In this document: one piece after another, positions 57,381 through 64,000 of the stretch
How positions within the stretch are numbered: the stretch's first letter is position 1
How the letters are laid out: every line of letters starts with the position of its first letter
Assembly (NCBI GenBank): GCA_965250285.1
Contig: OZ252299.1
Coordinates: 3,552,001-3,616,000 of the forward strand
Direction: 5' to 3'
Source: Myxococcota bacterium
GTDB lineage: Bacteria > Myxococcota_A > UBA9160 > UBA4427
Length of the DNA stretch: 64,000 nt
The notes under the pieces: model-generated
Told to the model about the DNA's origin: nothing
What the model saw: the letters and a program-made list of their open reading frames with translations, nothing else
The model's database searches: none
Position numbers and translations under genes: made by a program

Positions 57381-60300
57381 GGCTGATCGGCTCCTCGTTG
57401 CGTCACCTCGACATCGACGGGCGCTCGCAGGATCTCGCCATCGGCATCACCGAAGATCAGATCGAAGGGCGCGCCCCCACCCGGCACCGCAGCACGAATC
57501 TCGAAGCGACCCTCGCTGTCGACGGGGCGGGTCTCGTCGCCGAGCGTCACCCGGGTGGCCCCGGCCGGTGCCGCACCCGACAACGCGACCCAGCCCGCGC
57601 GGGCGATCGGAGGCGCCGCGTCGCGCCGCGGCTCGACGTCGGTCTCGCAGGCGTCTCCCACGCCGTCGCCGTCGTGGTCCCATTGACCGGCATCGGGAAC
57701 GAACGGGCAGACGTCGAGCGCGTCGTGCCAGCGATCCCCGTCGGCATCGGCCTCGGGCGGGATAACACCGATGGCGGCCAAGGCAGGAGCGGGCACGGGA
57801 TCGGTCGGATCCCCCTCGGTCAGCTGCACGTCGTAGAGGAACGCGAGCGGGGCTTCGCGCTCGAAGACGAGCTCGACCGAGGCGGCTTCGCCCGGGGCAA
57901 GCACGGACCCCGCTTCGAGCACGAACACGACGGGCCGGCCCGCCGCGTCGGCCGCCGCCACGTCGGGCATGGCGACCCCCAGCCGATCGATCAAGATCGT
58001 CGCCGCGAGTGGACCGACGAGATCCTGCTCGCGCGTGTTCGTCACGGTGAGCCGCGAGGTGCTCGTGAGGGTGCGTGTCAGGGGGTCGAGGGTCGTGCGC
58101 TCATCGCCGATGCCGAAGCCCAGTGCTACCTCGCTCGAGAACGAGAAGTCTTGCCGTACCGGGCCGGCCGCGCTGACCTCGACCTCGGCCGAGCGCTCGT
58201 CGCCATCGCGGCTCGCCGTCACGAGCCACGTGCGAGGCTGGCCCTCGGGCGTGAGCGGGGCCTCGCCGAGCGAGTAGGCACCGAGGGCATCGGTCGTCGC
58301 ACTGCCGCCCCAGCCCGAACCGACGAAGACGCCCTCGATGGGCTCGCCCGTGCGCTCGTCGGTGACGGTGCCGACGACCTCGCCGAAGCCGCCGGGCGGG
58401 GACCCGAACTCGACGAAGATCTCGGCGCCGCAGAAGATCGTCACCGTCTTCGAGGCCGAGATGAAGCCGGTCTTCGACGCCGTGATCTCGACCTGCCGGG
58501 GCGAGTTCGAGAAGCCGGGCAGGATCTTCTCGAGCCGAAATCGCCCGTCGACATCCGTATCGACTCGCTGGCTCGAACCCGAAACGCGCAGCGTCGCGGC
58601 TTCGAGCGGCTCGAGGGTTTCGGCGTTCACGACGACGCCACTCACGGCTCCGCCCTCGCAGCGCAGCAGGCGGTCGAAGTCTTGCACGATCGTCTGCCCG
58701 GGTTCGGCGAACCTCGTGAACGACTCGCCGTAGTAGCGCCGCTCGACGTCGCCTTCGAAGATCGACGACTCGAGGCCCTGGATCACGAACGAGGTCGGCG
58801 TGTTGTCGACGCCGGGCGAGACGCGTTCGAGTCTGTAGAAGCCGTTCTCGTCGGACAGGACCGTGATCCGGCCATCTCGATCGTTCTCGACGCGCACGAA
58901 CATCTCGGGCAGCGCCTCGCCGGTCTCGCGGTCGCGCACGATGCCTTCGACGTTGATGAAGTCGACGGCCTGGACGCTCAGGTCGACCTCGACCGTCTCG
59001 TCGGCGAGCACCTCGAACGTCTCGCCGATAACGCCCCAATGGGCGCCGCTCTCTTCGGCCTCGACGAACACCACCTCACTTCGATCTTCACCCGTGCCGA
59101 CGAGGATCTGCAACGAGAACGATCCGTCGCCCTGCGTGCGCTGACTCGCGAGCGTCGTGCCCCGCTCCCGCGCCACGCGCACGTCGGTGCGGACGGGTTC
59201 ACCCGTCTCGGCGTCGCGGACGAAGCCCGACACCGTCGCGAAGTTGTCGACGGGCGGCAGGGGGCGCAGCTCGAGCGTGATCCGGATCGGCTCGAAGGTG
59301 TTCTCGCCGCACCGATCGGCGAGGGGCTCGTTCTCGATCGTGACTCGGAACGTCTGGCGACCCGGCGGCGGCGTCACGAAGAGGTCGGCCGTGCGCTGCG
59401 AGTTGTTGGTGCCGGGCTGGAGGACCGAGCGGGGCAACGTGAACGATCCGTCTCCCCCGACCGGGACGCGCTGCGTGTCGGACGTCGTGCGCCAGTTGAC
59501 CTGCGCGCCGACGGCGGGCGTGCCGTCGGGGTACAGGACCGTGCCCGATGCCTCGACGATGAACTCGCACTTCTCGACCAGCGCAAAGTCGAGCATGGCC
59601 GTGCCTTCGCGCGTGATGTTGACCGACGTCGAGGCGGGCCAGTAGAGGTCGTCGCGGAACGCACGCGCGAAGTAGTCGACGGGACCGTTGGTGCCCTGGC
59701 TGAGGCCGATGCCGACGACCGTATAGGCGCCGTCGGCCCCCGTCTCGCCGCGCGCACCGCCGACGTCGACGGTCGCGCCCTCGATGGGCTCGTCGGTCGG
59801 CGTCACGGCGCGCGACGCGCTCGTGTCGTCGGGGTCGGCCACGCCGACGAAGACCCGGCCGACCATCGTGCCCGTCTCGATCGGCACCATCGCGGCATCG
59901 AGATTGGCGACGTCGTCGCAGCGCACGTCGGCACCCAGGGCGAGCGAGTAATAGCCCGCCTGGTTGAATCGCACCGAGTAGCGTCGCACGTCCACGTCGA
60001 GCAGCTCGAACAGCCCGGCGGCGTCGGTCGTCGTATCGAACCCGGTCGTACTGACGCGGACGCCCTCGAGAGCGGCTCCCGTGTAGGCATCGCGCACGAC
60101 ACCCGCGATCCGACCGAAGCACTCGGGGATCAGGCCGAAGACCAGGTTCGCGGTGCCCGACGTCACCCGCACGAGATCGCCCGAGACGCCCTGCACGACG
60201 ACCGGTACGGGCTCTTCGGGTGCACTCGGGGGCGCGGTGACGACGAGGGTCGACGTCGCGCCGACCCGCACCGTGCTGCGCGAGAACCGGGCCGTCCAGC

Positions 60301-63300
60301 CCTCGGGCAGATCGATCGCGCTGAGCGTCACGTCGCGGCTAAAGCCGTTCAGGCCCGTCACGAAGACGGTGAACTCGGCCGACTCACCCGGGTTGATCGC
60401 GGCCGACGGCGGATCGAGTCGCATCGAGAAGTCGGGCGACTCGACCTTCGGCTCGGGCAGGCGCGTGATCTCGATCTCGACCGCGTCGCTGCTGGTGGCG
60501 CCGTCGGCATCGAAGACACGCGCCGCGATCAGGTGCCGGCCCACGCTCAGCTCGTTCGCTCGAACGTCGAGGCGTGGGCCCGATCCGAGATCGCCGTCTC
60601 GGCTCGACCACCAGAGGATCTGGTCGGGCGGCACACGGCCGTCTTCGCGGTCGAACGCATCGACATCGAGGCCGAGCGCCTGCGAGGCCGCAAACCGGCT
60701 GTCGGCCTCGGGCGACTGGATCAGCGCAACCGGCGGATTGTTGGCGATGCTGAACGCCTCGGATGTGACGGTCGTCGAGCGCACGCCGTCGCTCGTCGTC
60801 ACGCGAAACCGCGCCTCTTCGCCTGCTCTCAGCCGCCCGCGCGGCAACTCGAACCGCGGCGTCTCGAGGTCTAGGGCCAGCGGCACCCAGGTCGCGCCGT
60901 CGTCGTGGCTGTAATCGAGCGCGTGAAAGAGCGCGTCGCCGTCTGCATCGTCGGCCACCCAAGTGAAGACGACCTCGTCTGAAGACTGGGTGCTCGCGGC
61001 CGCCGGTGCGACAGCAGCAACCGTCGGCGCGTTCGCGCTGGCCGCCACCCGCAGCAGCTCGTCGCCGCCGCGGCGAATCACGACCTCGGCCACGTCGTCG
61101 CTCGGCTCGGGCAACGCGACCAGAAAGGGCACCGCATCGGGCTCGAGCACGGGCGGGCCATCGGGGTCGGGGCGCGCCGCGTCGGCGACCGACGGATCGA
61201 TCTCGATCAGCGTGAAGCTTCGCGACGCGAGCGTCGAGCCATCGGCCCCCACCAGCTCGGCCGTGTAGTCGCCCGGCCGATCCTCGAAGGAGGCGCTCTC
61301 CATCACGTAGACGGGCTCGAGCACGGCGTTGGTGGTGGGATCGTTCGGGCGCACCGCCCCCTTGAGCAGCACCTTCTTCTGCTGCTCGAGCGCCGGGAAC
61401 GGGAAGACTTGAGTGAAGTCTCGGCCGCGAAGAAAGTCGATCGTGGCCTGATAGGTGTCGAGCGAAATCCATTGCTGGTTGCGTGACTCGTTCGCACCAT
61501 CGACCGGCGGGTCGACCTTGCAATAGCTCATGACGGGCCAGTCGCCGTTCGGGTTCGCGATGGCGAGCGCCTGAAACGCATCCCAATCGGCAATGTGGGT
61601 GTCGACCCCCCAGCCCTCGACGTCGCTGTCGCGAAGCGCCGAGAACAAGAGCGGGCCGAGGGTCGGCCGCTCGCCGTTGTCGCCCGCGCCGAGCTCTCCG
61701 ACCCGATCACTGAAGAGCGCGAAGTCGGGAAAAGCGGTGCCGGGCACGCTTAGCGATCCGCAGGCCCCATTCACGTACTCGGCCCCGTCTCGAATCTGCG
61801 TACCGAACAGGCTGGCTTCGCCCGGGTGCTGCATGCCGAAGTTGTGAAGCAGCTCGTGCGAAGCGGTGTTTCGGTGATAGCCCGCCGCGTTGGGCGCTTT
61901 CGCTTTGCCCACCGAGCTGACCGAGACAGGCAGGCCGAAGTCGAACCCCGCGGCCTTGCCCTCGATGCCCGCGCCGCCGGCTGCGAGGCCATGGATCCGC
62001 GTCTGCGTGCAGGTCGGGCTCGAATCCGATTCGCACTGCGTTCTCAGGTAGTAGAGCAACAGCTCGGTGAGCACGGCCGAGTCGAGGCGCTCGAGCGGCA
62101 GCGCGACGCCCCCACCGGGCTCGGTCGGCACCGCAAACGCGGCGCCCTTCGGCGCATACGACTCGATCGACGCATCGATCTCGCCGACGGGGAGCATGGC
62201 CTGGGCCCGTCGAATCTGCTCTTCGATGTCGGGATCTTCGAGCTCGACAACCGGCAGCAGCGTCGGCGGCGTGGCGCCGACGTCGACCGGGCGAGCGGGT
62301 AGGCCCACCCAGACGACACTCGGAAAGTCGATCTTCTCGAACGTGAGTGTCTTCTCGCAGCGCTCGCTCACGAGCCCATCGCCACAGTCGACGCCGTTCG
62401 GCATCTCGAGGTAGAAGGTGACGTCGGTCGAAACCTGGCCTTCGGGCACGGCGAGCCAGTCGGGCGGGATGCGAAAGTTGAGACTCGACTCGGCGAAGTC
62501 GCGCGCCTCACCGGGCCGACAGTCGAAACGGCCCCGCAGACTGCCCGTCGGCAGAAGCGGCGCCCCCATTCTCACGCCCTCGCGAAAGACCTCGAGGCGG
62601 CCCGTGGCGGTGGCCGTCGCGTCGGCGTCGACGCTGCACGCTACCGGGCCGCCGGGCTGCAGAAAGGCGCGCACGATCGTCGCCTTGCCGGCGATCAGGG
62701 GTACTTCGTCGTCCCACGTCTGCACCGACTGGTTGACTTCGAGCGCGCGCAGGGCGACCGGATCGGCGAGGCAGTTTTCGCCGGCGAGCACCAGAATCTC
62801 GGGCGTGTTGGTAGCGAAGACGAGCTGGCCATCGCCGTAGACGGCCGAATCGAAGGCCTCGATCGCCGCGATCTCGTCGAACTGGCTATCGGCAAACGCC
62901 GCCACCGAGAGCCGCTCGACCGTCTGATCGGCCTCGAACCGAACGAACTGCGAGGCATCGAAGACGCTCGGGCCGCGGTTCGACGAACCGTCGGTCAGCA
63001 GACAGAGCCGCTGCTCGGCCGCATCGCCGACACCGAACGCGGCGAGGTGCGCTGCGCCCTCGAGAATCGCGGCGCCCCCTGACGTCTGATTCCGAATCTG
63101 ACGCATGCCCGCGATGACGGCCTTGATCGCATCGACGTCTTCTTCACTGCTGATCTGGGTCAGGCACTGCTCGACGCGCACGAGCGGCTCGCCCCCGAAC
63201 GACGAGTACTGCAGCACGGCGAGGGCCAGGCCGCCGTCGCGCGAGACGAGCCCCTCATCGTCGAGCAAAGCGGTGAGCGCATTGCGCTCGAGCACCCAGT

Positions 63301-63520
63301 CTTCGTCACTGATGCTGAGCGAGCCGTCGACGAGCAGCGCCACCTCTCGCACGACCGCAGACCCCGCCGGCAGGGGCTCACAGTTCGGCGGGGTCTGGGC
63401 CGCTGCACCCGAGAGCAGCGCCATCGACCAGGCGCACTGCACGGCCGCCAGCCAGAGCGCCAGGCGAAGGCCGCGAACCCGGGGCTGCGGTCTGCGCGCG
63501 CGGCGCCCTCCCCTGCTCAT
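57377..63520 (-). CDS. Large secreted multidomain protein: VWA + metzincin protease + Ig-like + carboxypeptidase-regulatory-like repeats + TSP3 repeat (~2047 aa)
   Basis: Signal peptide ending AAA-Q; MIDAS DGSLS and TDG; HELLHNFGMQH and VMSY Met-turn; repeated G.V.D..TGEP...V units; DADGD...D.CP......DHDGDGVGDACE; ATGA overlap at start. Confidence 0.88.
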   Translation of the reverse strand: MSRGGRRARRPQPRVRGLRLALWLAAVQCAWSMALLSGAAAQTPPNCEPLPAGSAVVREVALLVDGSLSISDEDWVLERNALTALLDDEGLVSRDGGLALAVLQYSSFGGEPLVRVEQCLTQISSEEDVDAIKAVIAGMRQIRNQTSGGAAILEGAAHLAAFGVGDAAEQRLCLLTDGSSNRGPSVFDASQFVRFEADQTVERLSVAAFADSQFDEIAAIEAFDSAVYGDGQLVFATNTPEILVLAGENCLADPVALRALEVNQSVQTWDDEVPLIAGKATIVRAFLQPGGPVACSVDADATATATGRLEVFREGVRMGAPLLPTGSLRGRFDCRPGEARDFAESSLNFRIPPDWLAVPEGQVSTDVTFYLEMPNGVDCGDGLVSERCEKTLTFEKIDFPSVVWVGLPARPVDVGATPPTLLPVVELEDPDIEEQIRRAQAMLPVGEIDASIESYAPKGAAFAVPTEPGGGVALPLERLDSAVLTELLLYYLRTQCESDSSPTCTQTRIHGLAAGGAGIEGKAAGFDFGLPVSVSSVGKAKAPNAAGYHRNTASHELLHNFGMQHPGEASLFGTQIRDGAEYVNGACGSLSVPGTAFPDFALFSDRVGELGAGDNGERPTLGPLLFSALRDSDVEGWGVDTHIADWDAFQALAIANPNGDWPVMSYCKVDPPVDGANESRNQQWISLDTYQATIDFLRGRDFTQVFPFPALEQQKKVLLKGAVRPNDPTTNAVLEPVYVMESASFEDRPGDYTAELVGADGSTLASRSFTLIEIDPSVADAARPDPDGPPVLEPDAVPFLVALPEPSDDVAEVVIRRGGDELLRVAASANAPTVAAVAPAAASTQSSDEVVFTWVADDADGDALFHALDYSHDDGATWVPLALDLETPRFELPRGRLRAGEEARFRVTTSDGVRSTTVTSEAFSIANNPPVALIQSPEADSRFAASQALGLDVDAFDREDGRVPPDQILWWSSRDGDLGSGPRLDVRANELSVGRHLIAARVFDADGATSSDAVEIEITRLPEPKVESPDFSMRLDPPSAAINPGESAEFTVFVTGLNGFSRDVTLSAIDLPEGWTARFSRSTVRVGATSTLVVTAPPSAPEEPVPVVVQGVSGDLVRVTSGTANLVFGLIPECFGRIAGVVRDAYTGAALEGVRVSTTGFDTTTDAAGLFELLDVDVRRYSVRFNQAGYYSLALGADVRCDDVANLDAAMVPIETGTMVGRVFVGVADPDDTSASRAVTPTDEPIEGATVDVGGARGETGADGAYTVVGIGLSQGTNGPVDYFARAFRDDLYWPASTSVNITREGTAMLDFALVEKCEFIVEASGTVLYPDGTPAVGAQVNWRTTSDTQRVPVGGDGSFTLPRSVLQPGTNNSQRTADLFVTPPPGRQTFRVTIENEPLADRCGENTFEPIRITLELRPLPPVDNFATVSGFVRDAETGEPVRTDVRVARERGTTLASQRTQGDGSFSLQILVGTGEDRSEVVFVEAEESGAHWGVIGETFEVLADETVEVDLSVQAVDFINVEGIVRDRETGEALPEMFVRVENDRDGRITVLSDENGFYRLERVSPGVDNTPTSFVIQGLESSIFEGDVERRYYGESFTRFAEPGQTIVQDFDRLLRCEGGAVSGVVVNAETLEPLEAATLRVSGSSQRVDTDVDGRFRLEKILPGFSNSPRQVEITASKTGFISASKTVTIFCGAEIFVEFGSPPGGFGEVVGTVTDERTGEPIEGVFVGSGWGGSATTDALGAYSLGEAPLTPEGQPRTWLVTASRDGDERSAEVEVSAAGPVRQDFSFSSEVALGFGIGDERTTLDPLTRTLTSTSRLTVTNTREQDLVGPLAATILIDRLGVAMPDVAAADAAGRPVVFVLEAGSVLAPGEAASVELVFEREAPLAFLYDVQLTEGDPTDPVPAPALAAIGVIPPEADADGDRWHDALDVCPFVPDAGQWDHDGDGVGDACETDVEPRRDAAPPIARAGWVALSGAAPAGATRVTLGDETRPVDSEGRFEIRAAVPGGGAPFDLIFGDADGEILRAPVDVEVTQRGADQP

Positions 63521-64000
63521 CGACGCCGGGCGGCGCGTGCGCCGCGACCTCGGGTCGACGCGCACAGGGCAAGCCCCACCCCGATCAACACGGCGGTGCC
63601 GGGCTCGGGGATCGGCAGCAGTTGCACGTCGTCGATCTGCACCGCGCTGTCCCCCGCGACAAAGGCCAGCTCGAACAGCTCGAACGTCGTTGCGACGTAG
63701 GGCGCCGGCGTCTCGAACTCGACTTCGACGTGGAGCCAACCCGCCCCGCGCTCGGCGGGCGAGACAGACCCGAGGCCTGCATACGGGCCCGACGCATCGG
63801 CCGTCAGCACCGAGACGGCGCCCGACGCTGTGCCCGAACCGGGAGCGACGTCGGCGCCTTCAGAAAGCAGAATCGATACGGTGAAGACGTCGGGAAACCC
63901 GAACGGGTCGGCCGGCGTGGTGGCGCCGAGGCCCGAGAGAAAGTCGAACGCCAGCACGGTGCGGGGCGCGAGCACCTCGACGACCTGCCAAGCCGCACTA
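63517..64000 (-). CDS. PEP-CTERM sorting domain protein; 5' end outside the window
   Basis: C-terminal IPEPGTAVLIGVGLALCASTRGRGAR; the frame appears open to the window edge. Confidence 0.85.
   Translation of the reverse strand, partial: SAAWQVVEVLAPRTVLAFDFLSGLGATTPADPFGFPDVFTVSILLSEGADVAPGSGTASGAVSVLTADASGPYAGLGSVSPAERGAGWLHVEVEFETPAPYVATTFELFELAFVAGDSAVQIDDVQLLPIPEPGTAVLIGVGLALCASTRGRGARAARRR

Noticed and set aside
57398..60874. 1158-aa plus-strand ORF, and similar long shadow ORFs such as 8241-10436, 13344-15314 and 52665-54239
   Set aside because: Antisense shadows of real genes, expected from high-GC codon bias; Arg/Gly/Ala-rich and without motifs.
1..64000. CRISPR array, rRNA, intact tRNA, integrase or transposase
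   Set aside because: No regularly spaced repeat-spacer units, rRNA-like tracts or recombinase/DDE motifs were recognised; the only tRNA-like sequence is incomplete.

Overview
High-GC bacterial window (roughly 68-70% by eye). Gene content suggests a Gram-negative heterotroph with PEP-CTERM sorting, possibly Myxococcota-like, but taxonomy is only an inference. Most of the window is accessory catabolic, redox and detoxification genes with local regulators: transporters, amine oxidase, HDAC-family deacetylase, MMPL, FAD oxidase, carotenoid oxygenase, dehalogenase, SDRs, TauD, GST, sulfatase, nitroreductase, TPMT and MAPEG. It also holds four PEP-CTERM genes and a ~2050-aa secreted VWA-metzincin. 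Two items stand out. (1) A visibly lower-GC island (~37.85-45.3 kb) with a tightly packed gene string: MqsR-like toxin, MqsA-like antitoxin, KGGVGR-variant ParA/MinD ATPase-TPR protein, NurA and HerA, faced by a convergent SPPY DNA methyltransferase and preceded by twin GATCATATGATC palindromes. This is a candidate undescribed defence system. (2) A hidden selenoprotein: two ORFs of the track are one AhpD-like gene read through an in-frame TGA (CFY-U-TTGH) followed by a SECIS-like hairpin. Also seen: a degenerate tRNA-Arg 3' remnant, a deletion scar, a frameshifted PEP-CTERM gene and several operator palindromes. No CRISPR array, rRNA, integrase or transposase was recognised. All family calls come from motif recognition by eye, not database searches.
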